A DNA stretch of 64,000 bases from Eledone cirrhosa (taxonomy: Eukaryota): the NCBI GenBank assembly GCA_964016885.1, contig OZ024743.1, positions 227,106,001-227,170,000 on the forward strand, written 5' to 3'. The position numbers and the translations under genes are program-made. Positions 51,602 through 64,000 of this stretch are shown piece by piece (the stretch's first letter is position 1; each line of letters starts with the position of its first letter). Under the pieces are notes generated by a model. It was given only the letters and a program-made list of their open reading frames with translations, had not been told where the DNA came from and did not search any database.

Positions 51602-53286
51602 TTACCTTACTTCTCGTAGAGGAAGGACGGTTTTTCCATCCTTTTCACTGCTTGTGGCTTCCTCAGGAAGGATGTCCATATAAATCCTCCTGGAGAGAGC
51701 TTGTCGGAAATCTCCGATGTCTTTGGGGAATTTTTGTTTAAGTGTCATGTACGTTTTCTGTGTGATGCGAGTGATTTGTATTTTTTGAGGTGGTGTGAAT
51801 TTTGGGGTTGTTGTGTAGTCTTTTTCTGTGATGCTGGTGTTGTGTTGGATGTAGTGTAATAATTGGCTGTTGTTCAAATGTAATGCTGTATAGTGTGTCT
51901 CGTTTTGGTTGTTTTGTTTTGTTTGCGTTTGTTGTGGGCTTGTTTCTGTTTCGCATTTTGGTGACTTTTGTGGTGTAGGTGATGGTTGTGTTGGGGTTAA
52001 TGATGGTGATGGTGTTGGTGTTTGGGGTGATGGGGTTGGTGATGCTGGTGTGGATGGTGGCATATCTGTCCTAACTTTTTTCTTTGTTAATTTATCTGTT
52101 TCCCTCTGTATTTTGTTTTTGGAGGGGGAAGGAAAAGAATTTTTTATTTTTTGGTTTCTTTTTTTCTTCTTCCCTGATACCGTTTCCCACTCCTCGTCGT
52201 CCCAATCTGTCTCCAGTTTTGATAGGCCGGGGAGTAGAAAATCCTCCACAGGCGATATTTTTGGTTGTGGCGTGGTGGATGGTGTAGGCGCTGGTGCTAG
52301 TTCTGAAGCGTTGGGTGGTGGTGGTGTCGGTTTTGCTACTGTTGCTGGGGTTGTTGCTGTTATAGTTGCTTCTGTTGTTGCTGCTACAGTTGTTGCTGCC
52401 ATCTCTGCTACTGGTGGTGTTGATGGTTGAGTTACTGGAGTGGGTAGGAGAGGTGGCCTCAACCTTTTAGCCTGAGGGCAGAAAGCCCTTAGGTGGGTTC
52501 CTTCACCACAAACGACACACCTAGGCCTTCTGCCTTCAACAATTACCGTAAGGTGGCTGCCGTCAGTGAGGTCTATTACCTCTGGGATCTCCTCAATGCT
52601 TTTTTGGTCGGCTTGGATCAGGAGCTCCATCCCAGATCCGGACCAGTTTTCCTGCTTTTCTTTCGCTATTGCTATTATCTTTGTGTTGGCTTCGATGCCG
52701 GTGAGGACGGCCGCTATTAGCCATGGAATTTCGATGGCCGGTGGAACGTGGGTTACCCTAATCTTTACGAGTCTCTGGCCACAATAGCTTGGGACGAGTG
52801 TGAAGTCGTCACTTCATAATGGGGCCATGGAGTGCTCTCTGGCCTCCTCTGGTGTTTCAAAGAACACGTCCACGGTTCCATACTTCTGCCCACGTCTGAT
52901 GTGGGTTTTTCTTGCCCACACATGTCCCAAAGCTTTTTGGATTTGGGACTCGGATGCCCGTTTCGCTCGGCGCGATTTTACATTAATTGTTCGACGATAC
53001 GACACGGTGCATAGGCGCCGATGGTCCATTTTATTAGGGGGGGGGGGTGGCTGACCCTGTTCCCATCTTTCTCTACCATTTTTTTGGCATCTTCTAATTC
53101 CTCCTGAGTTACCTGAAATGCTTCGCGCTGTTTTGCTACTCTGGCAAGACTCAGGGTGGTTTTCTTAATGTCATTGTTGCTGTTGTTGTTATCGTTATTT
53201 TTGTTATTATTAATTTTAGTTTCAGTTGTGGTGGTGGTGACGTCAGTGGTGTTCGGTGTGGAAGAGTTCATTTTGGTTGAATTCAT
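51602..53286 (-). pseudogene. Tx1 ORF1 (RRM-like region, CCHC knuckle, Pro/Thr-rich tail), disrupted
   Basis: YGTVDVFFETPEEA (RRM-like); RRPRCVVCGEGTHLRAFCP = CX2CX4HX4C. Confidence 0.85.
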
Positions 53287-53781
53287 TTCGACATCACGAG
53301 TTAATTCATTTTTTTACTTTTGTTTCTGTTGTCGCGGTAGTGGTGGGGTGCTGGTTGTCGCGGTGGTGGTGGTGGCGGCGGCGGCTTTAACACCTGCAGT
53401 CATTGGTAATGGCGGCAAATGTATATCTGCCTGAGACAAATTAAAAATATTGCTACTGCTTATATCTTTAGTGTTGGCAAACGTAGTAATATTTACAATG
53501 GTGGTGTCGGTGTGAGGTGTTAGTTTGTGAGGAAGGCTCTCAGCTGATTGGTGCAGAAGTGATTCAGCCATGATTTTTTCAAAGAAATTTTTTGATAATA
53601 ATAAAAGTTTAAATTTTGGGCACAAGGCCCCAATCTTTTTGGGTGTCCTTTTCGGAAAACAATGTATGTGCGCTTATATACAGTTAACAATAAACATTTT
53701 CCATAAATGGCAATTGTTAACAAACGGAAAGAACAAACCTTTGCGGAGCTCACGATGATACGATTTACTACGTAGGTCGCC

Positions 53782-53836
<55 letters not shown>

Positions 53837-54134
53837 TCAATAATAATGTTTTCTTTATTGGCCACAAGGGCTGACATCAAGAAAAGCATTACAGACGGAA
53901 CAGGGCGGTACGATGTGGGTTTTGTGCGTGTAAATATTTTTATTATTTATATAAGAACAGAAAAAAGACATAAAACATATATATATAAACAATAAAATGA
54001 AAATTGAAACAATGAAAAATTCCCCAATAGGGGGGAAACCTCCGAGGGTTACTCGTGGCGAAACCCACACAAAAAACCACGGCCACCCTGACTACCAGGG
54101 CAAGCGCCCTCTCTCAATTTTTCCATCTCTCAAA

Positions 54135-57100
54135 CTACAGACGTATATTCAGAGTGGTCCCGTTCACTCGGACCATTCTCGCTACATTCACCCACCTTTC
54201 AACAAACTTGCTAGAAGGCAGCACTTGCCTCTCCACCCTGATTTTCCTCTTCAAGTGAAACTTGAAAAAGTTAATTAGGGATTCGCCGAAGAGGAATGTG
54301 TTTGTCTTTAATCCTTTTAACCTTTTCCACCACACAATCTCTTTCGCCATGGCCACCAGGCAGATGAAAACCGCCTGCCCTTGCCCCTCAAAGGAAGACG
54401 GCGAGACCATCTGCACAATGGACTCAGTCGACAACCGGATCAGTCCCACACGTGACAGCAACTGTTCGACATAGCTCCACAAGTCAGCAATGCTCGGGCA
54501 CTGAACGAGTGGGTGCACAACGATTTCGTCGCTATGCGCGCATCTCGGACAGGCTCGGCTGACGGCACTTCCGTGCCTGTAGAGCTTATCTCGAACCGGC
54601 AGCGCTCCCCGGTAACACTGCCAGGCCAGGGATTTTTGGAAGTTATCCATAGGCCCCGGGCTGAAAGTTATCCGGAAGAGAGCAAACAGCTGATCTTCTT
54701 CGATGCCCAGGATCTCTCCGAAAATGTCGTCGCTCTTCCCCTCCACTAGTCCTCTATAGAACGCCGAGGTGGATGTTCCACCGATACTGGTGCCCAGCTG
54801 GAAGAGAGCAGTGAGTGCCTGGAGACATTCCAGTTTCCAAGCGCTATCCCTCGGTCTTTTTCTGACCCAGGACTGCAGCTCCGTCAAGGAGACGAGCTGT
54901 GGGAAAATGTGCCTGGCGAACGGCGACCACACCCGTTCACCATCAAGGAAGTACCAGAGATGTCGCAGCATCAGCGCATGTTTGCCCATCATCAGCCATG
55001 GCATGCCCAGTCCTCCACGCAACGGGTGTTGACAGCAGATGGATCGTCTGACCATGGGAGCGTGTCCCTTCCACAAAAAGCGGAAGAGGAGGCGCTCCAT
55101 TTTGGTGAGAGTTGGGCTGGAGCAAGGGACGACGGTGAGGCGGTAGCAGATGACGGATGCGATGTACGCATTCGCCACTTCCGTCCGGCCTTTCAGGGAC
55201 AGCTTCCTCTCAGCCCATTTCTGGGTGAGGGAGGCCACCCTGCTCGTCACCTCGTTCCAGTTTTTCTCCATCTGGAGGTCCGGTCCGAACCAGACCCCAA
55301 GCAATTTAACCGGTCCGTCCGTCCAACGCCCCACGACGCTGTCGGACGGCATGGACTTTCCTCTCCAGGTGCCTAGCTGCAAGCCCACCGACTTTTCCTG
55401 GTTTATCTTTGCTCCTGTCACCGCTTCGTATTCCTTGAGAGAGATGCCGAGCATCTGGACGTGTCTGGTGCTCGACACCACCACGGTGACGTCGTCAGCG
55501 TAAGCCGACTCGGATTTCCCGCATCCTAGTTCGCGTGGGACGCCCCTCATCGCCCCCAGTTTGTGCAGTAACGGCTCGAGAGCCAATACGTACAAGAGGG
55601 ACGAGAGGGGACAACCCTGGTGGACTGAGCGCATGATGCTGAACGGCTGCGACAGGTGACCGTTCACCCTCACAATTGAGCAGATGTCGCTGTACACTGC
55701 TGCGATCCAACGCCTGAAAACGGGCCCGAAACCGGCTGCCTCGAGGACCGCCGCCAGGTACCGATGGTCGACCCTATCGAATGCTTTGGATTGATCCAAG
55801 TTGATCAGGGCCCCACCCTTGCCAGGTTCCTAACCACCCTCTCTATGATGTATCGCATAAGGTGGAGGTTGTTGTGTATGTATCTGTCCGGAATGGCACA
55901 CCTGCGCCTATCCCACCAGACCCTTGACGACAAGCGCCAACCTCGTTGCTAACACCTTGGCCAAAATCTTGAACTCTGCGTTTAGCAGGGTTATGGGCCT
56001 GAAATTATCAATAACATCCCCCTTGTTCGGGTCTTTTTTCAGCAGCGCCACTGCTGCCGTTCTGCTGCCAGTTACAGTAGACGTCTGCCAAGAGGTCACC
56101 GAACAAGTCTGGCATAAATGCATGAGGCTCGTAGGGCAGACCATCTAAACCTAGCGATTTACCTCTTGTGCAGTTAGCCATCGCTTCCCGTATTTCACCG
56201 GCTGTTATTGGCTTTTCGCAACACTGTGCTGCGGTCGTCGAGAGCCGAGGCAGTCCGTCGAAGTATGCACTGAAGTCCATGCCCCGATCCGGGCCGCCGC
56301 TGCTCCCGAGCAGTTCAGCAAAGTGCTGCTGAAAAGCTTCACACATCCGCTCGGGTTCGAGCATCACGCACCCGTTTTGGTCAGACAAAGACCAAATTGT
56401 GGCTTTATTGCCACCTCGCGCCTCTGCCACCCGGGCCCATTGGACGGCTTTTGTCCCCTCGTGTTTCAGAGCACGTGCTCTAGCTCTGACAACGCAGCCT
56501 TCGTGTTTTGCGTTGAAGAATTGGTCGAGTGCCAATCTCGCCGCAAGCACGTCGGTTGCGATGCCTGTCCTAAACGCCTCTTCTAGCTTTCTGACTAGCT
56601 CTCCCTCTACTCTATTTTCCTCTATCACTACTCCTTTCGACTCTAAACCTAATCGACTCTACTTTAATTGCCCTTTTCAGGGCGAACCACCACCTGTTGT
56701 TGACGATCGCTCCCGTTAACGCCCGTTTAACTAATACGCTAATCCGGTCTCTGTAGGCCTTGCGCGCCGGGAAAGACGCGTTCAGCTTCCAGTAACCAGG
56801 CCCTTGTCATATCTATGTCGATCTCACAGATCACAAATTTGTGGTCTGTGTAGTCGACTATTTTAAATTGTGGACAACTTATACTAGCCTTATCTAGTTC
56901 CCTGCAGAATACCCTATCTAGAAATGATCTGGATGACCCAATGCGGTTTGTCCATGTCCACATTGGCACATTCGGGTGATCCAGTCGATACCTGTCAGAG
57001 AGTTCAAAGTGTCTGAGCAGGTTGGTGAGGCTCTTGCACCCTCCTCCCCTATCCACTAGCCCCACACGATCCAAGCGTGCATCCAAGATACCGTTCCAGT

Positions 57101-57521
57101 CGCCCACTAAAATTAAAGAGCGGGACGTTCTAAGAAAGGTCTCTAGACGTCTGAAGAAATCTGGCCGTCCTGCCCCTGTTGGGGCGTAGACGGTTACTAG
57201 CCTAAAAGCATTGCCTTCGCTTCCGGTCACGTCCAGTACCACCGACTTACCTTCAAGGTCCAGGAAGATGGCCCGTATCGCGAGATCCAAGCCTCTCCGA
57301 AAAAAGACGGCAACCCCTCACCCCGATCCTGGGCGGCTGGGAGATGCGTATACATCGTAGCCGCCGAAGATCGGTGCGAAGGCCCGTGCCTCGGAGATTC
57401 TGGTTTCACTGATGGCCACCACATCTATGTTTAGTGACCTGAGGTCATTGAGCAGGTGACCCTGCTTCCAAGATGACCCCAGGCCACGTGCATTTATACT
57501 GCCTATTCTGAGTACAGCCAT
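54135..57521 (-). pseudogene. Tx1 ORF2 of copy B; the C-terminal 554 aa are still open
   Basis: GSINARGL, AISETR, VYAP, GDWN, LDRVF, TDHK; QGCPLS, AYADD; CPRCAHSDEIVVHPLVQC zinc finger. Confidence 0.96.
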
Positions 57522-57553
57522 GTTGGATGAGAAAGGGGGCAAATGAGAAAGGG

Positions 57554-59352
57554 TCACTTACCTTGTTCGTGTGGTGAAGGGACAGTAGAACCGTCCCTTT
57601 CGCTGGTCATGGGTGTTTACAAGAGGATGTCAGTGTATATTCTCTTGGTAACCGTCCCTCTGAAGTCTCCAACTGCGTTGGGGAATTTTTGTTTTTAAGG
57701 TTTGTATTGTTCTATTGAGATTTCGATGATGCTTATGTTTGTCGGGAGAGTTCTTGGTGTTGGTGGGGTGTAGTAGTTTTTTTCCGTGATGTCTGTGTGC
57801 TGCTTTATATATTTTATGAGTTCTTTTTTTGCCATGTTTATGGCTGTGTACTTTTGGGGGAGGGGTGATTTTGTTGCCGTTTTCTTCTTGTTGCTGTTTG
57901 GTGTGTGTGTCTTGTTGTGTTTGCGTTGTTGGTGTTTGTGGTGGTGGTGCTGCAAATTTCCTTGCTGCCTTTACCCCTCTTTGTATGCCTTCGCTTTTGG
58001 AGGGTTAATCTAAGGGTTTTTTTCTTTTTTCTTTTTTTTTGTGGTAGACTGTTTGCCACGTCACTCCCGCCTCAAACTCCATGTCAGGTTCTGTGGCGTC
58101 TTGGAGGGGTATGGGCTTCACGGCTGTTGGTGGTGGTAGTAGAGGCCTCTTCGGCAATTTTGTTGCTGGTGTAGCTATTTCAAATGTAGCTATTGGTGTT
58201 GCCGCTACTGATGATGCTGCTTTAGTTATCCGTGGCCTTGGTACGGGTGCTACGGACGTTGTCCTCCTACTCACCTTGGAAGGGGCTCCTTCGTTTGTTG
58301 CCTGTCCTGCTCTTGGTACAGCGGACTAGGTATTGGAAGGAGAGGGGCCCTCTTCGGTGTCTTCTGCGAGCAAAAGGCCCTGAGGTGACCTTTCGACCCA
58401 CAGAGATAACATTTTGGCCGTCTTCCTTCTACCACTTATAGGGAGTTGGAGTCCTTCCTCGAAGTATATGATATCGGGGATAGCCTCGATACATTCCTGG
58501 TCAGTTTGTATAAGCATTTGCATGCCTATACCTGACCAGTTCTCTCTCCCTATTTTTTCTACTTGCAGCATGGTCGCCCTGTTCTCAAGTGGCTCTCTCC
58601 ACTCGATGTGAGATTTTGCTTACGGTGCGGTAAGTCACCGTCCGTAGCTGCTGGTCCTTGAAAAAATCGGGTGGAGGTTTCAGGGAAACTCTATTTGCGC
58701 TTCTTGTCACCATGGGCCTTGCGAGTGTCATCTCCTCCTCTTTGACTAACACTGTCTCGATATTTCGGGCGACACCTGCAAAATAAGTGGTCCCTTTTTC
58801 AGCAGCACCACTATTGCTGCCGCTACTGGTCTTACTGGTGGTGCTGAGGTCGCTATTACAGGTATCGGTGTCATTGTTGATCTTTTCGCTGGTACAGTTG
58901 GTGTTGTTTTCGTTGATACTGTTGCTGCTGTTACTGTTATTGTGGCTGTTGTTATTATTGTTGTTTTTGTTGATACTGTTCCTACTATTATTGTTGTTGT
59001 GGCTGTTGTTATTGTCATTGTTATTGTCGTTCTCGACCTTACCGCTGTTATTTTTGTTATTGTCGTTCTCGACCTTACCGCTGTTATTTTTGTTATTGTC
59101 GTTCTCGACTTTACCGCTGTTATTTTTGGTGTTGTTGTTGGTGATGTTGTTGGTGTTATTGTTGGTGTTGTTTGTGTTAGAAATATTTGTTAATTTTAAA
59201 TCTGTAACAATCTTTTTTTCGTTTGTAATATTTTCGTTTATATTTACCTCCGCTGGAACGCTGTCTTGTTGACATGCTGATAAAGTCTCCCTCTCTCTGT
59301 GTTGTCTGACAGCGCTCTCTCTCTTTGTGTTATCCATGTTGACATTTTTCAA
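57554..59352 (-). pseudogene. Tx1 ORF1 of copy B, disrupted, with an apparent internal deletion near 58590
   Basis: Asn-rich N-terminus with 3 copies of NNSGKVENDN. FAGVARNIET...NRVSLKPPP matches copy A LARVAKQREA...NRVSHPPP, and LIQTDQECIEAIPDII matches LIQADQKSIEEIPEVI. Confidence 0.8.
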
Positions 59353-59551
59353 AAAAAAATATTTTTACACAAATACGAATACGACACCCCGTAAAGGGGT
59401 GCCGTATTATTTACTAGTGAACCCCTGTATTAGGTGGGTCACTTCTTCTAAACTTTTATCAAATTTAAAACTTGAATAAAAGGTTTAGAACGGTTGAAAA
59501 AGAGGTAAAATGTTGAAAAAGACTGGAGGCGATAAGAAGCGTGGCTTCACC

Positions 59552-59670
59552 AACAATAATAATAATAATAATAATAATGAGAAGAAGAAGAAGAAGAAGA
59601 AGAAGAAGAAGAAGAAGAAGAAGAAGAAGAAGAAGAAGAAGAAGAAGAATGATAACAATAATGATAATGT
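59552..59670. repeat. Compound (AAT)n-(GAA)n microsatellite flanking the Tx1 pair
   Basis: Direct reading. Confidence 0.95.
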
Positions 59671-59768
59671 AAATTTATGATCAATATATTAGTAAAGGCG
59701 TATAGAAGCTGGTTAAGAGTCACACACGCGAAAACACATTTATATGCATGTGGCTGTGTGTGTATATA

Positions 59769-59865
<97 letters not shown>

Positions 59866-60139
59866 GTTTTGTGTGTGTATGTGTCAGATGAATGTATATA
59901 GGCATGTACATGTGATTTTCATCGTTCACAGACACAAGAAAAACGTCTTAACCTAATCTGGTGAAGAGACAAAAGACATTTGAAACAATATGTGCTAGTA
60001 TAAACATATACATATATAAATATGTACGTACATATAAATATAGCATATACACGCACATATATATGTATGTATATGTATGTATGCTGCCTCTCTCACACAC
60101 AGGCAAACACCCACACACCACACCCACACATATATATAT

Positions 60140-60181
<42 letters not shown>

Positions 60182-60195
60182 TATGAATATATATA

Positions 60196-60345
<150 letters not shown>

Positions 60346-60834
60346 TACATATTTCTATTGAAAAAAGACGAGCGTGGTATAAATAAAATAAGTTTGCTAC
60401 TACAATCGTCTTTGCCACATCAAATTATAATACATGATTTATTCAAATATTATAGAGTAATTGAATTGTCAAAACACATCACAGGAGAACGCCCAGCCAG
60501 CAGACAGTCGGCCATTTTGCATTTTGCTTCTCCTCACTCACTAAATGTTCTTGTTTTCTAACTGTTATTTGTCTACCACCTTCGACGATTCTTCCATCCC
60601 ACCCTGTCTTGACTTTGACTTCTAAGCACACAGACAAGCATACAAACCTACATTCTTAAAAATATATATAAATAAATAAATATATATAAAATATATATAT
60701 ATAAATATGTGTATATATATATAAATATATATATTTATAAATATATATATATACATATATACATACATATTTATATATATATAAAATATATATATATATA
60801 TATATATATTTATAAATATATATATACATGTATG

Positions 60835-60934
<100 letters not shown>

Positions 60935-62062
60935 CGTATCCATGTATGTGTTTTTTTGTTTTTTTCTATGAATATGTTTGTTTTCTAAGCGGGGTTGGCA
61001 TATGCGCTTTCGTGAGGTTAGAGTCAAAAAATAACATCCACTACCCTCATATATGCGTGCAAATACACTTAATATTATTGCATATATAGATTTATATTTA
61101 TATATATATATGCGTGGGTGTGTGTGAGTGTGTGTGTGTGTGCGACTGTGTGTGTCTGTTGTGTGTGTGTGTATGTGCGGGTGAATATTTATATACATTT
61201 ATATCGAAACAAATATCTAAACATATATATTTGCCATTTATATATTTTATATGTAGATTTAACCACTTCCGAACCATAATCACTTCGATATGAACATTTG
61301 TATTGTTATTGCTGGCTTCTTATATGCAATGAGTACATCTTTTTACATCTCTATAAGAAGACAGATTGTCTGAGCTAGCAAATCTTGATTGTATCACGTA
61401 TTAAAAGTAAAAACTAACTTGTGATAACGTTGGATTGTACTTGCAGACTACAGGGAGGAGTTTCGGCTCTTCTTTAGTCGCACTGCAAACTATTCCCTTT
61501 CTATGCTAATATTTGTTGAACTTACAGTGTAATTAGACGGGGAAAGGTAAAGTTTATTTGCTTTCTACGTAAACCATCTGCGCCAACATACGAAACTAAC
61601 AATCTACCAACCATGGTTATCAATATCAACAATAACCATACCATTAGCTCCAACAATTCACCACCAACATCAATGGTACCTTAATCAATAGTAACCACAA
61701 CACCACTAGCAACATCTACAAGACTACCAATACTACCAATAGAAAAACTAAAGACAACAACTTAAACACCATCCATGGAATATCTGTACACTACTGTATC
61801 ATTTACCCCCACTACCACTATTATAAGTGGTAAGATCACAACCACCACCATCATCATCATCGCAGTTTCAAAGATACATACATATACACGTACAAACACA
61901 GACATCCATCAACACACGCATGCGCACTTACACAAAAATACACATCAAAGAATCAAAGTGAACCTTTGTGATTGGAAAATAAGAAAGAAACGAAAATTAA
62001 GATACATCATACACACGCGCACCTACACTGATATATTATATATATATATTATATATATATAT

Positions 62063-62099
<37 letters not shown>

Positions 62100-62299
62100 T
62101 TGAGTGTGTGGGCGATTGTATTTGTCGGTGTACATGTGCGCATGCGTGTATGAGTGGGTATATATGTGTGTGTGCGCATGTATCTTTGGATGAATCTAAA
62201 GTGTATTACATACCACCATACAAAATCACACCTTATTTACAGTTTCCTTCTCCACGCATATATATATATATACGTACTTCTTGATGTATATGTATGGAT

Positions 62300-62334
<35 letters not shown>

Positions 62335-62369
62335 CACACGTACTTCTTGATGTATTGATGTATATGCAT

Positions 62370-62533
<164 letters not shown>

Positions 62534-62542
62534 GTATATATA

Positions 62543-62617
<75 letters not shown>

Positions 62618-62643
62618 GTATATATATATATGTATATGTATAT

Positions 62644-62724
<81 letters not shown>

Positions 62725-63633
62725 TATTTATGTATCGACACACACACACAAACATGCATCCATACATATATACGTTCATAAATTCACCCATCCAACCATA
62801 TATATATATGTATTTGTGTGTGTGTGTGTATGTGTGGGTGTGTGTAGTGTATGTGTGTGTCTTGAGTAATTGAGATTGAAAGTGAGATAATGACAATAAA
62901 ATAGGGGGGGGGGTGATGGAGATAGAGTGAGAGGGAGGATAATACACGTAATTATGGTGGATAGTGAGAGGGGAGAGTGGGAGTAAATAATACCTATTAT
63001 AATGGATAAAAGAAGGTAAGACGATGATGAAGATTGGCATAGACGGATGTCGGAGTTTGGGGATAAGGAGGAGATCATAGAAAACAGTTAGATAGATAGA
63101 GGGGAGAGAAACATAGAAAGTCATCGACAGAGAAAGTGGGTGGTGAGAGTGGTTGAGAAAATGAACGACAGACAGAGAGAGAGATGAGAGATATATAAAG
63201 AAAATAGACGTCAGAGAGAGGAAGAGAGTGAGTTTAAGAAATCGGAAGACCGAGAGAGAGAGAAAGAAAGAGAGAAAGAGAGAGAGAGAGAGACGGAGAG
63301 AAAGTGAGATTGAGAAAGTATATAGAGAGAGGGTAGGAGATTAAAAAAATGAACGACTGTGTGTGAATGTAAGAGGGAAATTGAAAATTCGAACGACAGA
63401 GAGAAAAGGAGAAATTGAGAAAGTAAATAAGAGAGGGGGGGGGTGATATTGAAACAGTGAAAGACAAGGAAAAAATAGAGAGAATTGATGAGACGGAGAG
63501 TGAAAAATAACCAAAAAACATGGCTGCGAATACTAGAAACCGTGACATATAGAATGATACATTATGACGAGACGTCTCAGGAAAGGAAAATTGTGTTAGC
63601 TTATATATGATAATATGTATGCATGCGTGCACG

Positions 63634-63702
<69 letters not shown>

Positions 63703-64000
63703 ATATAGATGTATATACATATATAGATATAGATATATATATATATATATGTGTTTATGGGTACAAAGAATAAAAAATGTCTGAATACCTATAAGTGGAA
63801 TGAATAAGAGACAAGTATAAAGAGAGAGAGACGATTTAAAGTTAGTAAATGAGAAAGATGCAGGGAGCATGCGCGATTGAGAAAGAGTGGGAGAAAGGGT
63901 AGGAGAGAGAGAAACGAGGGAGTAAAGAGTGAGAAAAAGAGGGACAAGCATAAAGAGATAGAAAGAGACGTAAAGAAGCCAACAAATGAATACAGAACTT

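Larger units (their letters stand above)
47919..53781 (-). mobile_element. Tx1/L1-clade non-LTR retrotransposon, copy A (near full length, frameshifted)
   Basis: ORF1 pieces, then APE-RT-zinc finger ORF2. 3' end is AATAAAGAAAGC followed by (ATT)n; the 5' end also abuts (ATT)n. Confidence 0.95.
53849..59551 (-). mobile_element. Tx1/L1-clade non-LTR retrotransposon, copy B (distinct subfamily)
   Basis: Same architecture as copy A. 3' end AATAAAGAAAAC then (ATT)n; 5' end GGTGAAGCC after an (ATT)n/GTT tract. Confidence 0.95.

Noticed and set aside
48046-59272. Plus-strand ORFs over the Tx1 elements
   Set aside because: Antisense shadows of GC-rich ORF1/ORF2.

Overview
AT-rich animal genomic DNA with no recognisable host-gene exons. 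The very dense (TA)n/(CA)n/(GA)n microsatellites and the SINE type suggest an octopus or other coleoid cephalopod; this is an inference, not verified. The window is almost entirely decayed mobile DNA: a CR1-type LINE fragment, two coding Penelope-like elements (PLEs) plus a third remnant, two non-autonomous Helitrons, an internally deleted mariner, tandem tRNA-derived SINEs, minisatellites, and two near full-length, frameshifted Tx1/L1-clade retrotransposons head-to-tail in an (ATT)n tract. Two layers are invisible in the ORF track. (1) About a dozen type-I hammerhead ribozyme (HHR) folds from several unrelated families sit in short fold-back or partial-tandem cassettes inside (TA)n. They show recurring core variants: compensatory U3-A8, U4C, a mismatched 10.1-11.1 pair, long branched stem II and palindromic stem III. 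(2) Both Tx1 copies keep an AAG|GTAAGT splice donor at the end of ORF1 and an acceptor-like motif in the 3' UTR, suggesting ORF2 could be spliced out as an intron. All folds and alignments were done by eye and boundaries are approximate.
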